Origin: Candidatus Poribacteria bacterium
Lineage (GTDB): Bacteria; Poribacteria; WGA-4E; JAJDTR01
Direction of reading: 5' to 3'
Assembly: GCA_965220415.1 (NCBI GenBank)
Contig: OZ244829.1
Coordinates: forward strand, 2,799,483-2,863,482
DNA length: 64,000 nt
Positions 19,678 to 29,440 of this stretch are shown here, in pieces (the first letter of the stretch is position 1; each line of letters begins with the position of its first letter). Below the pieces are notes generated by a model. That model searched no databases and was not told where the DNA came from. It saw only the letters and a list, made by a program, of their open reading frames with translations. Made by a program: the position numbers and the translations under genes.

Positions 19678-21051
19678 TCATGGCAACAACCCGTCCGGCG
19701 CTTCGATCAGCCCCTTCAACTCCCCGAGGAACCGAGCACACGGCGCGCCGTCAATCGCCCGATGGTCAAAGGTGAGAACCAACGTCCCGATATCCCGCGC
19801 CACAATCGACTCTCCCGCGAACACGGCAACCCGCCGCACGCGCCCCACACCGAGAATCGCGCACTGCGGCGGATTGAGCACCGGCGTGAACCAGTCCACG
19901 CCAAGCCCGCCGAGGTTGGTGACGGTGAACGTGCCGTCCGCATAATCGTCAACTCGCAGCTTCCCCTCGCGCGCACGCTCCGCAAGCGACCGCACCTGCG
20001 TTGCAATCTCCACGATGCCGAGTGCGTCGGCGCCTCGGATAACCGGCACCACCAAGCCGTCCGGGATGTCGACCGCGACGCCCAAGTTGACATCACGATA
20101 CTGGTGCACCGCCCCGTCAATCAGCGCCGCGTTGAGCCGGGGATGCGCTTTCAACGCCTCGGCGGTGGCTTTCAGCACAAAGTCGTTGATTGTTGGAGCC
20201 ACGCCGTGGGTTTGGCGCCATGCCTCTTCGTTCACCCCGCGAAGGTTTAGGATGGCGCTGAAATCGACTTCGATGCCCTCCGTAACGTGCGGCGCTTGCG
20301 ACCAAATCGTGCCGAGCCGTTCTGCGGTCGTGCGGCGGATGCCGCTAAGCGGAGTGACTTCAACCTCTGATGTTGGTTTCTCGTCAGCCGGTTTTTCCGG
20401 ACGCGCCGCGCCGGTGTCGATAGCGCGTTGCACATCCTCCTTGGTCACCCGTCCGCCAGGACCCGTGCCAGCGAGCGATTCGGCATCTATATTGTGCCGT
20501 TCCGCGAGCCGCTGTGCCACCGGCGTCACACGCGACCCCGAAGGTTTATCTGCCATCGAACTTCTGGATTGCTCCACGGTGCTGGCTGGAGTCTCTTGTG
20601 CAGCCTTTGCCGGCGCCGCCCCGCCCGAGTCGATGGCGCGCTGTACATCCTCCTTCGTCACCCGTCCGCCCGGTCCAGTGCCGGCGAGCGCCTCGGCGTC
20701 TATATTGTGCCGTTGCGCGAGTCGCAGCGCCACCGGAGTCGCACGCGACTCCGCAGGCTGAGCGGCGGCTGGGGTTTTGGGGGCAGCCGCGGGGGCGTCC
20801 GGCACCGCCTCGCCCTCCTCGCCAATCCACGCCAAGGTTTCGCCGACATCGTACTCGCCATCGGCTTGGCCCACGATGCGCAGCAGCACGCCGCTCACCG
20901 GCGACTCCACCTCGACGACAGTTTTGTCTGTCTCAATCGAAACCAGGGGTTGCCCCTCTTCAATTCTGCTCCCTTCGGCGATGTGCCACTCGACGACGCG
21001 GCCCGTTTCCATGGTGTGACCAAACGCCGCTAGACGGAACTGTACTGCCAT
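19678..21051 (-). CDS. Dihydrolipoamide acyltransferase (E2 component of a 2-oxoacid / pyruvate / acetoin dehydrogenase complex)
   Basis: N-terminal lipoyl domain (ETDKTVVEVESP). Two tandem peripheral-subunit-binding domains (TPVA.RLA.RHNIDAE.LAGTGPGGRVTKEDV). C-terminal catalytic domain with DHRAIDGA. Confidence 0.9.
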   Translation of the reverse strand: MAVQFRLAAFGHTMETGRVVEWHIAEGSRIEEGQPLVSIETDKTVVEVESPVSGVLLRIVGQADGEYDVGETLAWIGEEGEAVPDAPAAAPKTPAAAQPAESRATPVALRLAQRHNIDAEALAGTGPGGRVTKEDVQRAIDSGGAAPAKAAQETPASTVEQSRSSMADKPSGSRVTPVAQRLAERHNIDAESLAGTGPGGRVTKEDVQRAIDTGAARPEKPADEKPTSEVEVTPLSGIRRTTAERLGTIWSQAPHVTEGIEVDFSAILNLRGVNEEAWRQTHGVAPTINDFVLKATAEALKAHPRLNAALIDGAVHQYRDVNLGVAVDIPDGLVVPVIRGADALGIVEIATQVRSLAERAREGKLRVDDYADGTFTVTNLGGLGVDWFTPVLNPPQCAILGVGRVRRVAVFAGESIVARDIGTLVLTFDHRAIDGAPCARFLGELKGLIEAPDGLLP

Positions 21052-21100
21052 GACTTCTCCTTTCCTGCGATGCGCATAGATGCGATGTCGGAAAATCCTC

Positions 21101-22072
21101 CTACGCCATTACACGGTTGACCGCCTCGGTGATATTGGGAACTTCGGGCACCACGTGCTTCACGAGCTCCGAGCTAAACGGCATCGGCACATGCGGACTG
21201 CCGATTCGCGTGACCGGCGCCTTGAGCGACGCAAAGCAATTCTCGCCAATCATCGCCGCAATCTCGGAAACCGCCCCGGCAAAACTGGAGTCCTCGCCAC
21301 ACACCACGGCATGACCCGTCCGATTCACCGACTCGCAGATGGTTTCGGTATCCAGCGGCGACAGCGATCTCACATCGACGACCTCGACATCGTAGCCGTC
21401 ATCCTCCAGCAACACCGCCGCTTCCAACGACTTCTGCACCATGGGTCCTATGGCGACGATGGTCGCGTCTTCGCCCTCACGGCTGATATCCGCTTTGCCG
21501 ATGGGCACGGTATGTTCCCCGTCCGGCACCTCCCCCCTGGACGTATAGATACGCTTGTACTCGAAAAACAGCACCGGGTCCGGGCTGCGTACCGCGGATT
21601 TGAGCAATCCTTTGGCGTCGCTCGGCGTTGATGGCACAACCACCTGCAAGCCGGGCACGTGCATAAACCACGATTCCATAATCTGCGAGTGCTGCGCCGC
21701 CAGCAATCGACCGACGCCGCACGGAAGTCGGATAACCATCGGAACGCTGGCTTGACCTCCGGTCATGTAGCGCATCTTCGCCGCTTGGTTAACCACTTCG
21801 TCCATGGCGCACGTCACAAAGTCCATGTACATAATCTCGACGACCGGACTCATTCCCGCCATGGCGGCGCCGACCCCCAATCCGACGATACCTGCCTCGG
21901 CAATCGGCGTCTCGAAGATGCGTTCCGGGAAGCGTTCCGCGATCCCGTCCGTCACCTTGTAGGGTCCGCCGTGCGTAATGACATCTTCCCCCATGACGAA
22001 CACGGATTCGTCACGCTCCATCTCCTCGTGCAGCGCCTCGCACAGCGCCCTGCTAAACGTCAACGTCTTCAT
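21101..22072 (-). CDS. 2-oxoacid dehydrogenase E1 component, beta subunit (transketolase-like)
   Basis: MKTLTFSRAL...ESVFVMGEDV...ETPIAEAGIVG signature. Start overlaps the E1alpha stop. Confidence 0.9.
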   Translation of the reverse strand: MKTLTFSRALCEALHEEMERDESVFVMGEDVITHGGPYKVTDGIAERFPERIFETPIAEAGIVGLGVGAAMAGMSPVVEIMYMDFVTCAMDEVVNQAAKMRYMTGGQASVPMVIRLPCGVGRLLAAQHSQIMESWFMHVPGLQVVVPSTPSDAKGLLKSAVRSPDPVLFFEYKRIYTSRGEVPDGEHTVPIGKADISREGEDATIVAIGPMVQKSLEAAVLLEDDGYDVEVVDVRSLSPLDTETICESVNRTGHAVVCGEDSSFAGAVSEIAAMIGENCFASLKAPVTRIGSPHVPMPFSSELVKHVVPEVPNITEAVNRVMA

Positions 22073-23052
22073 TATGCCACCTCCTGCTCGGGAGCGAGCA
22101 CGTCCGTGGTAACGTTGGCAACCGTCGGGTACGGACTCTCCTCGGCAAACTTCACCGCGTTCGCAATTTCGTCTTTGACCTCTTCCTGAATCGCTGCGTC
22201 CTCGTCATCGGACATCCAGCCCTTGTGGCTCATCACCGTGCGGAAAAGCGTAATCGGGTCGCGCTCCGTCTTCCACGAATCAACCTCATCGCTGGAACGG
22301 TACTGCTCCTCGTCGCCCAAGCTGTGCCCGTGGAAGCGATAGGTTTTCGCTTCGACCAACGTGGGACCGCCCCCGTTGCGGGCGCGTTCGACCGCCTGAC
22401 CAACCACCTCGTAGACCTCGACGATGTCCTGCCCGTCAATGGATACGCCGGGAATGGCATACGACCCCGCCATATCTGCGACCGAATCGAGAACAGCCAC
22501 GTTTGACCGTGGTACCCACTGCTGATACTGGTTATTCTCGCAGACGTAAATCACCGGCAGCTTCCACAACGCGCCGAACCCGATACCCTCGTGGAAGGTG
22601 CCACGCGCGGCGGCGCCGTCCCCGAAGAAACAGACCGACACCTGATCGGTTCCGCGCATCTTGCTGGCGAGCGCCGCGCCGGTGGCGGGCCCAATACCCG
22701 CGCCCACGATGCCGTTGGCGCCTAGCATGTTGAGCGAGAAATCGGCGATGTGCATCGAACCGCCCTTTCCGGCGCAGGTGCCCGTGGATTTGCCGAACAA
22801 CTCCGCCATCATCTCGTTCGGCTTGGCGCCCTTGGCGATGCAGTGCCCGTGACTGCGGTGCGTGCCCAACACATAATCGTCATCCCGCAAATTGCCGCAA
22901 ACACCGACCGCGACCGCCTCCTCGCCGCAATACATGTGGAGTGCTCCTACCACGCTGCCGAGACTCGTCTGGCGATGCGCCTCCTCCTCGAAAAGGCGAA
23001 TGCGCCACATATCTTTGTACATCTTCTTGCACAACTCAGGTGACAGTGCCAT
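22072..23052 (-). CDS. 2-oxoacid dehydrogenase E1 component, alpha subunit (TPP-binding)
   Basis: TPP motif GDGAAARG...ENNQY. Also YRFHGHSLGD. Confidence 0.9.
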   Translation of the reverse strand: MALSPELCKKMYKDMWRIRLFEEEAHRQTSLGSVVGALHMYCGEEAVAVGVCGNLRDDDYVLGTHRSHGHCIAKGAKPNEMMAELFGKSTGTCAGKGGSMHIADFSLNMLGANGIVGAGIGPATGAALASKMRGTDQVSVCFFGDGAAARGTFHEGIGFGALWKLPVIYVCENNQYQQWVPRSNVAVLDSVADMAGSYAIPGVSIDGQDIVEVYEVVGQAVERARNGGGPTLVEAKTYRFHGHSLGDEEQYRSSDEVDSWKTERDPITLFRTVMSHKGWMSDDEDAAIQEEVKDEIANAVKFAEESPYPTVANVTTDVLAPEQEVA

Positions 23053-23199
23053 AAATCAATCTCCTTGGAGTTGATAGTTGAATACGTCGTGAAATATCGT
23101 TTTGAAAGTCGCCGCGAAGAATCCAATTTCTTTGTAAATCACTTGTACCATTTTACGCAGTAGGCACTGTTCGGTCAAGGACAATCTCTGTATTGCTGT

Positions 23200-23288
23200 A
23201 GAAGCGATCAAACGAATGAACAATGACTGCGACAACCTTATGTAGGGTGGGATCAAGCGACTGAATAAGGAGCGCGATAGAGATCCCC
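23200..23288. repeat. REP family-2 element (reverse orientation)
   Basis: Contains gtagggtgggatcaagcgactgaataaggagcgcgatagagatcccc. Confidence 0.7.
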
Positions 23289-23350
23289 TGCCCACCAGCC
23301 TTTTTCAATCCGAACGGAAACAGAGAACCCCTTGCCCTGCGTGCTTTCCC

Positions 23351-23375
23351 GTAGGGGCGAGGTTCCCTCGTCCCC
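23351..23375. repeat. REP family-3 element (GTAGGGGCGAGGTTCCCTCGyCC)
   Basis: Hairpin GGGCGAGG-TTCC-CTCGtCC preceded by GTAGG. Family copies at 34541-34700 and 40430-40456. Confidence 0.65.
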
Positions 23376-23530
23376 CTCACAATCACACGTGCAACGCCGT
23401 ATCAACCGACTGCATATCGCGCGCGAAAGTAAATCCAGCGCCATAGCGATCTTTCTTGTCCCGCATCGGAGGGGCTCAATCGACCTTAATAATGCACTGC
23501 AAATATATAGAAATGGTATAATATTTCCAC

Positions 23531-24538
23531 ATGAATGATCTAGAACTCACTCATCTACTCGGTAAAGCCTTCGGGAAAACGGTAGAAATCCTTAATGTGG
23601 AAATTCTGCCCCGCGGCAACAGTGGCTTATTCAAAGCCCGAATCACCGGCAGCGCAAATCGCCGACGCTTCTCAGCCGTGGTAAAGGCTCGACAGGACAC
23701 AGCGGTTCATGGAGCGTTGTGGTACGCCAAGGACAGCCGAATCGCTGACCGTGAATACCACGTATACGAACTGTTGGAGCATCTCCGGGTGCCGCATGCG
23801 CGGATCCTAGCGCGATATTATGACGCGCCGGCGAGGTGGGCGCTCCTTATGGAAGATCTCTGCGAACGGTACGTGATGCTCGCCGACGATTACCGATTCA
23901 GCACGGTAGAGCAAGAGACTATCGCTAGCACCTATGCCACGATCCATAACGCTAGCCGTTCGGCGCCGCAATTGATGGTTGTGGCGGAAGATTTTTTGGC
24001 TCCTGAGGAAGGCTCACAGGTGCATGCTGGGTCTATCGAAAAAATGTGGGAGGTTTTAAGAGAGGCGCAAATCGGAGGGCATCGGCTCTCGCGGCAGGAC
24101 TTCTTGAATGCGTGTTCCGTTCTCTTTGAAGGTCGTGAGCGGTGGAAAGGGGAGTCACGGGTACTCGTCTATAATGATTTTCACCCAAGCAACGTTGCTT
24201 TGCCGAAGTTGGAACAGGAGTACGCGGTTCTGTTTGATTGGGAACTTGCCGGGATAGGTTTCCCCCAATTTGATTTGCAGAACTTTTGGACAGATCGCGA
24301 TGTCGACAGAGAACGGATCCTGAGCGTCTATCTCGACCACTCGAAAGGAATCGATTTCGACCGTTTCATGTCCGTCATGCCTTATGCGGAACTCTGCCGG
24401 CAGTTCTACACGCTTTGGCTGCTGTATCTCAAACTGGAGGCAGACCCCGGCGGCAAGCTACCGTCGTGGTTGAGATTGCATTCGGAGCGGCTGTTCAGTG
24501 GTGAACTGGCTAGGTTAGCAGGGGAAGTCTTGTTGTAA
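23531..24538 (+). CDS. Phosphotransferase-family kinase (aminoglycoside/choline-kinase-like APH fold)
   Basis: Catalytic loop VYNDFHPSNV (Brenner H.D....N motif). DFG-like LFDWELAGIGFPQFD. AT-rich upstream region with a TATAAT-like box. Confidence 0.65.
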   Translation: MNDLELTHLLGKAFGKTVEILNVEILPRGNSGLFKARITGSANRRRFSAVVKARQDTAVHGALWYAKDSRIADREYHVYELLEHLRVPHARILARYYDAPARWALLMEDLCERYVMLADDYRFSTVEQETIASTYATIHNASRSAPQLMVVAEDFLAPEEGSQVHAGSIEKMWEVLREAQIGGHRLSRQDFLNACSVLFEGRERWKGESRVLVYNDFHPSNVALPKLEQEYAVLFDWELAGIGFPQFDLQNFWTDRDVDRERILSVYLDHSKGIDFDRFMSVMPYAELCRQFYTLWLLYLKLEADPGGKLPSWLRLHSERLFSGELARLAGEVLL

Positions 24539-24873
24539 CATGCTAGTATCGCGCGGCAGAAGCCTTCTGCCATTCGGCAACAGGGCAATCGTCTATCGCC
24601 CATTTTCCCTCTTGCACAAAAAATGAACATTGGCGTTCACTTGTTGGATAGGAAAATATGAAACATCATTGCGTTTCCGTAACATATCGGAGAACAGTGC
24701 CGATGAAATTCGTGCGGTAGTGCTAATACAGGGCAGATTATAGACAAGGACAGCCTTGGTGCGTGATAGTTAGTGGCACACAACTTGCTTAAAGTAAAAC
24801 CAATAGTCATTTATACAATGCGGTGGGTTTGGACTTAACCAAGCTGTCACAAAGTAATAGAATGGAGAAAAAC

Positions 24874-24963
24874 ATGAAATGCCTAATCCTGCTCTCCTCA
24901 TGCAGCCACGACCACCCGCATGAACACCCACTCGCAGACCACGGCCACGAACACGCGGGCTAA
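24874..24963 (+). CDS. Small His-rich putative lipopeptide (MKCLILLSSCSHDHPHEHPLADHGHEHAG)
   Basis: RBS ggagaaaaac upstream. 29 codons. Its 5' end is a diverged duplicate of the start of 25069-26115. Confidence 0.3.
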   Translation: MKCLILLSSCSHDHPHEHPLADHGHEHAG

Positions 24964-25068
24964 ACCGCTTTTCGAGCCACCTAGGACACTGGCGCCGAAG
25001 TCGACTTTGTGTATAAATGTCCCGAAGAGGACTAACGAATCCTACTCTAGTCGAATGAAAGGAAAAAC

Positions 25069-26115
25069 ATGAAACGCCTCATCCTGCTCCTACCCCTCAT
25101 CCTCATCTCCGCTGTCGCACACGCCGAGTGGGAACTCATCCTCGACGAGGAAACCTACTCGATCGCCAGCGACGGCGAACGACTCTACGCCGGCACCGCC
25201 CGAGGCATCCTCTACTCGCGTGACGACGGCGACACCTGGCGCCTGAGCGATTTTAAGCAGCCCGCCGTAAACCTAACCGCATCGCCCGATGCCATTTACG
25301 CATCCACTTGGGGGCTCGGCATCATACGTTCCGTCACCAAAGGCAACACCTGGCACCTGAAAAACAACGGCTTCGATCCCCGATCCGATTATCCGAGAGT
25401 CCGCCAATTCCTCGTCACAAGTTTCGGCATGGTCATCGCCGTCAGCAATGCCGGCACCTGGATCTCCCGCGACCGCGGCGATAGGTGGCACTCGATAATC
25501 GGCGAATGGGAAGTAAAAGACCAATATGGTGACGGCTTCCGTTTTGGCGACCGCATCTGGTCGATGGGCGAGTTCGGCGGCTATCTCTGGGCGCTCTACC
25601 AGGGCCAACGCGCCCTGCGTTCCCCCGACGAGGGCGCCACCTGGGAAACCATTCCCGACTGGGTACACGGCCGCACTATCGGGCAGTTCGGCTGGGCAGA
25701 GGTTTGGATCACATTCAGAGGAGAGTTCTACGTCGCCGAAGGCCGCGGCTTCGGACGTTGGCGCGAAGAGGGGCTCGAATGGGAGAATCTCAGTCACGGC
25801 CTCCCGGAGGTGCCCGGCCTACGTTCCGGCGTCGTGTATCGTGACCGCATCTACGCCGGTTCGTGGCGGCATGACGGCGTGTTGCGGGGTGACAGCGTGT
25901 TCGTGTTTGATCATCATGCCGAGACTTGGTATCCGGCGGGGCTGTCCGACAGGTCTATTCGCCCCGGCGGGCTCGTGTCCCACCGCGGGAGTCTCTACGC
26001 TAACGTTACGTCCCACGGACATCAGGGCGTATACCGCGCCAAGCGTCCCATCGTGTCTCCCGAAGGCAAAGCCGCCACCACTTGGGGCGCCGTAAAGCGA
26101 GGTAAGCTGCCATGA
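25069..26115 (+). CDS. Secreted BNR/Asp-box repeat (sialidase/Ycf48-like beta-propeller) protein
   Basis: Signal peptide. Four S/T-x-D-x-G-x-T/R-W motifs (RDDGDTWR, TKGNTWH, RDRGDRWH, PDEGATWE). C-terminal tag ...GKAATTWGAVKRGKLP. Confidence 0.65.
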   Translation: MKRLILLLPLILISAVAHAEWELILDEETYSIASDGERLYAGTARGILYSRDDGDTWRLSDFKQPAVNLTASPDAIYASTWGLGIIRSVTKGNTWHLKNNGFDPRSDYPRVRQFLVTSFGMVIAVSNAGTWISRDRGDRWHSIIGEWEVKDQYGDGFRFGDRIWSMGEFGGYLWALYQGQRALRSPDEGATWETIPDWVHGRTIGQFGWAEVWITFRGEFYVAEGRGFGRWREEGLEWENLSHGLPEVPGLRSGVVYRDRIYAGSWRHDGVLRGDSVFVFDHHAETWYPAGLSDRSIRPGGLVSHRGSLYANVTSHGHQGVYRAKRPIVSPEGKAATTWGAVKRGKLP

Positions 26116-26573
26116 AAATTGCCATGCTCCTACTCATCGCCGCCTGCCTCGCCGGCTGCGGCGCCGACGATAACGAGCCCGAACCCTGCTGGGAGCCGTT
26201 CGGCCCTTCGTATTGCATTGCGCCGCCGGACTGTCGTGTGCCCCCGGAGTGCCGCTACATCATCGGGCCAGACTTTGCCGCTGTCGATTTAGATGCCGTC
26301 AAACCCCAACTCACTTTCGAAAAAGAGGGATTAAACACCCTCGTGATTCCTTTCACCAGCGAGCCGGTGGGGCTCACTGTTGAGACGAGGCACTACGATC
26401 CCCCAAAAAGCAACAGCCGTCTCATCGGGTGGAGGTTGGACAAAACAATCTTGACCATCGAACTGTTCTGCGATCAGGCGCCTGAACACGAGGAGGCGCT
26501 AACTGACTGGGGCCTGCGCCTCGAGTGGCGCGACGGCTACCTAACCATCGGCGGCTTATGTGGCCCCATCTAA
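26112..26573 (+). CDS. Hypothetical lipoprotein
   Basis: ATGA overlap with the upstream gene. Lipobox LAGC in MKIAMLLLIAACLAGCG. Confidence 0.55.
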   Translation: MKIAMLLLIAACLAGCGADDNEPEPCWEPFGPSYCIAPPDCRVPPECRYIIGPDFAAVDLDAVKPQLTFEKEGLNTLVIPFTSEPVGLTVETRHYDPPKSNSRLIGWRLDKTILTIELFCDQAPEHEEALTDWGLRLEWRDGYLTIGGLCGPI

Positions 26574-26639
26574 AACTTCGGGCATAAAAAAAGTCGCTCC
26601 GGAAAGGACTACTGATGAAAACAGCCGCCAAACAAGCTT

Positions 26640-26660
26640 GTAGGGTGGGCATTGCCCACC
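26640..26660. repeat. REP family-4 element (GTAGGGTGGGCATTGCCCACC)
   Basis: GTAGG plus hairpin GGTGGGCA-TTGCCCACC. Copies at 26984, 52639 and 11835. Confidence 0.65.
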
Positions 26661-26832
26661 AGCATAGGGATCAAGTTAAGCGTTTTGGGTCGCAAGTCAC
26701 GCGGTTTCTAATGTCTTAAACTGTTAATCGCCATGTAGACATGGGCGATGGAATACCAACCCATTCGTTGATGGGTGCACCACAGAAGATGACTCATGAC
26801 GCTGGTTTCCGTGGGGACCGGTGCGGTTGGAA

Positions 26833-26878
26833 AGGGATCTCTATCGCACTCATTATCCATTCGCTTGATCGCACCTAA
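26833..26878. repeat. REP family-2 element
   Basis: Sequence gggatctctatcgcactcattatccattcgcttgatcgcacctaac. Confidence 0.7.
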
Positions 26879-26983
26879 CGTATGGGGTGAGATTGAGATT
26901 TACTCCTCGCCTAATGGGGACCAAGTTACGGGTTTTGCGGCGAAGAACTCACCAATACTAGACGAACTCCCTTAACTTGATCC

Positions 26984-27006
26984 GTATGGGGTGGGCATTG
27001 CCCACC
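26984..27006. repeat. REP family-4 element
   Basis: Sequence gtatggggtgggcattgcccacc. Confidence 0.6.
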
Positions 27007-27144
27007 AGCCTCTTGAAAACACCAGGAAACGCACATCCTCCCCCTACTCAAACTTTTCTCTTGATCTCGTGACGGAATCCGCGTTATATTGACGAGGGGC
27101 AACTATGAGGACTAAAACGGTAGGGAAGAAACACAGGAGGTGGC

Positions 27145-28062
27145 ATGGCAGGACTGGAAACACGTAGGATGGGGCGCACCGAGATGATGCCCGCATCGCT
27201 TGGACTCGGCGCTGCATGGCTGGGTCAAGGCTCGGAACACGAGACGATAGAAGGGATTCATCGTGCGATTGATTTGGGCATCAACTACATCGACACCTAC
27301 CCCAGAGGGCAGGAAGATCGCTGGGGAAAAGCGTTGGAGGGCGGCTTGCGCCAAAAGGTCTACCTGCAAGCCAAGGTCAGTCCGCTTGAGAAAGACGGCA
27401 AGAAAGACTTCTCCGCTGCGACGACCCGCCGCAGCGTGGAGAATAGCCTCAAATACCTCAAGACGGACTATCTGGATTCCGTGTTAATTCACGATGCCAT
27501 CGACATTGAAGATCCGCTCGCTCCCGGTCATGCTCTGGACGAGCTGATAAAGATGAAAGAGGAGGGGTTCATCCGACACCTCGGTCTCGGCGTGCGTCAA
27601 CACGAGTTTCATCGACGCGCCATCGAAACCGGACATATCGACATTGTACTCACCTTTTTGGACTACACCCTGCTTGACCAATCGGTTGCGGAAACCACGC
27701 TTCCTCTGGCGCGGGAACATGATGTCGGAATAATCCTCGCCAGCCCGATGGCGATGGGCACACTCACCGGCGTGGAGCCGAATCAGGAGGATGAACTCCG
27801 CCGCGCGAGAAAAGAAAACCTGGACGCCAAGCCGCAAGCGCACGATATGTGGAAGTGGTGTCAAGCGCGGGGCGTGAACATCCGTCACTTGGCGGTGCAG
27901 TTCTGCCTCGCCGCACCGGTTGACGGCATTGTCATGTTCGGTCCAGCGGACAAACGCGAGGTCGAGGAGGGCTATGAAGCCGCCACCGCAGATGTGCCGC
28001 CCGAAATCTGGCACGACTTTGAAGCGGAATTCGGCGTCACCGCCCTCCACGAACTACGGTAG
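27145..28062 (+). CDS. Aldo/keto reductase family oxidoreductase
   Basis: AKR N-terminal region (RRMGRTEM...LGLGAAWLG). IDTYPRGQ and HDAIDIEDP motifs. Its stop codon TAG lies inside the first REP GTAGG. Confidence 0.85.
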   Translation: MAGLETRRMGRTEMMPASLGLGAAWLGQGSEHETIEGIHRAIDLGINYIDTYPRGQEDRWGKALEGGLRQKVYLQAKVSPLEKDGKKDFSAATTRRSVENSLKYLKTDYLDSVLIHDAIDIEDPLAPGHALDELIKMKEEGFIRHLGLGVRQHEFHRRAIETGHIDIVLTFLDYTLLDQSVAETTLPLAREHDVGIILASPMAMGTLTGVEPNQEDELRRARKENLDAKPQAHDMWKWCQARGVNIRHLAVQFCLAAPVDGIVMFGPADKREVEEGYEAATADVPPEIWHDFEAEFGVTALHELR

Positions 28063-28370
28063 GAGCGATTTCCAAATCGCGACATATCAACGGGAATTGA
28101 AGCGTCGGGAATCGGAATTCCCTCCTACAAAAGCGATTGTCTTTGCCGAAAGCAAATTCACACTTCCACGAACTACGGTAGGAGCGATCTCCGAATCGCG
28201 ACATATCGGCAGGAATTGGCGTGTCGGGAATCGGAATTCCCTCCTACAAAAGCGATTGTCTTTGCCGAAAGCAAATTCACACTTCCACGAACTACGGTAG
28301 GAGCGATCTCCGAATCGCGACATATCGGCAGGAGTTGGCGTGTCGGGAATCGGAGTTCCCTCCTACTGCA
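28048..28370. repeat. BIME-like tandem array of ~120-bp units, each holding two inverted REP family-1 hairpins (downstream side of the RAYT gene)
   Basis: About 2.7 copies of cacgaactacGGTAGGAGCGATCTCCGAATCGCGAC...GTCGGGAATCGGAATTCCCTCCTAC...aaattcacacttc. Confidence 0.85.
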
Positions 28371-28836
28371 TGTCGAATTTACACCGCCAATGAGGATAAT
28401 CCTGTGGTTGTTTGACAAGTCCTTTTCTGACGGGGTTCTCGTAGCAGTAACGAATAATCTTATTCAAAGATTCATCGCGACGAATCCCGTGGTCATAATA
28501 GTTTGCTTGCCAGAGGGGACCGGTTCGCATGAGACGCGCGTTAATCTGGTTCGCCGTGAATCTCCTGAAGGATTGGACAAGCCTAGACAAGGTCTGTTTA
28601 TGTCCAAGTTGTAAGACTGCGTGGACATGGTCTGGCATAACCATTATGCACACCCATTGCAGACGTTCGTCGGTTTCGAGCCAGTCGAAGCATCTAAAAA
28701 TAATATCCGGAATGCCCGCAAGTTTCAGGACGGACGCTCTATTGTGGGTAGCGAACGTAACGAAGTAGTATGCACCAGGTATAGATTTTCTGCCTTTCCG
28801 CAACTGGCGGTGTCCCTTATTGGAAGTTTGGTTCAC
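28363..28836 (-). CDS. REP-associated tyrosine transposase (RAYT, IS200/IS605-like Y1 TnpA_REP)
   Basis: 157 aa. HuH motif in VMPDHVHAVLQ. Catalytic Tyr region LWQANYYDHGIRRDE. Size and flanking REP arrays are typical of RAYTs. Confidence 0.8.
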   Translation of the reverse strand: MNQTSNKGHRQLRKGRKSIPGAYYFVTFATHNRASVLKLAGIPDIIFRCFDWLETDERLQWVCIMVMPDHVHAVLQLGHKQTLSRLVQSFRRFTANQINARLMRTGPLWQANYYDHGIRRDESLNKIIRYCYENPVRKGLVKQPQDYPHWRCKFDMQ

Positions 28837-28959
28837 GTTCTTGCTCGCTCCGTGACATGATTCGGAAATAGGCTATGTGACATACGGTCGCGCCCTGTGT
28901 CCATCTGCGCGCTTCCACACATAACGACATATCGACGGGAATGGAAGCGTCGGGAATTG

Positions 28960-29400
28960 GGAGGAATCTCTATCGTTCTCGTTATCCTATCGGTTGATCC
29001 CTCGTACACGCGCTTTTGGTAGGAGCGATCTCCGAATCGCGACAGATTAGCGGGAACTGGAAAGTCGGGAATCGGAATTCCCTCCTACGGGAGATTTTTG
29101 TGTGTGTCAAACGTAATTTTCAAATCCGCAAACCACGGTAGGAGCGATCTCCAAATCGCGACATATCAACGGGAACTGGAGAGTCGGGAATCGGAATTCC
29201 CTCCTACGGGAAGTTTTTGTTTGTTGCCAAACGTAATTTGCACGTCCGCAAACCACGGTGGGAGCGATCTCCGAATCGCGACGCATTGGCGGGAATGGAA
29301 GCGTCGCGATTCGGAGGGGAATCTCTATCGTGGTCGCTGTTCGCTCCCTTAATCCCTCTTACATCAATCGCGGTGCAATCGCTTGATGGAAAGGTATTTC
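28960..29400. repeat. Composite REP array (one family-2 unit plus three family-1 REP pairs) on the upstream side of the RAYT gene
   Basis: ggtaggagcgatctccgaatcgcgac...gtcgggaatcggaattccctcctac is repeated three times at ~120-bp spacing, with family-2 units at both ends. Confidence 0.8.
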
Positions 29401-29440
29401 CTCATCTTTCAAGGCGTTGATAACCGCGCTTCCAATCATG

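Noticed and set aside
20015-21053. Plus-strand ORFs of 179-248 aa overlapping the E2 gene
   Set aside because: The E2 reading frame on the minus strand has a lipoyl domain, PSBDs and a catalytic DHRAIDGA motif. The plus-strand products are Arg/Pro/Ala-rich GC-skew artefacts.
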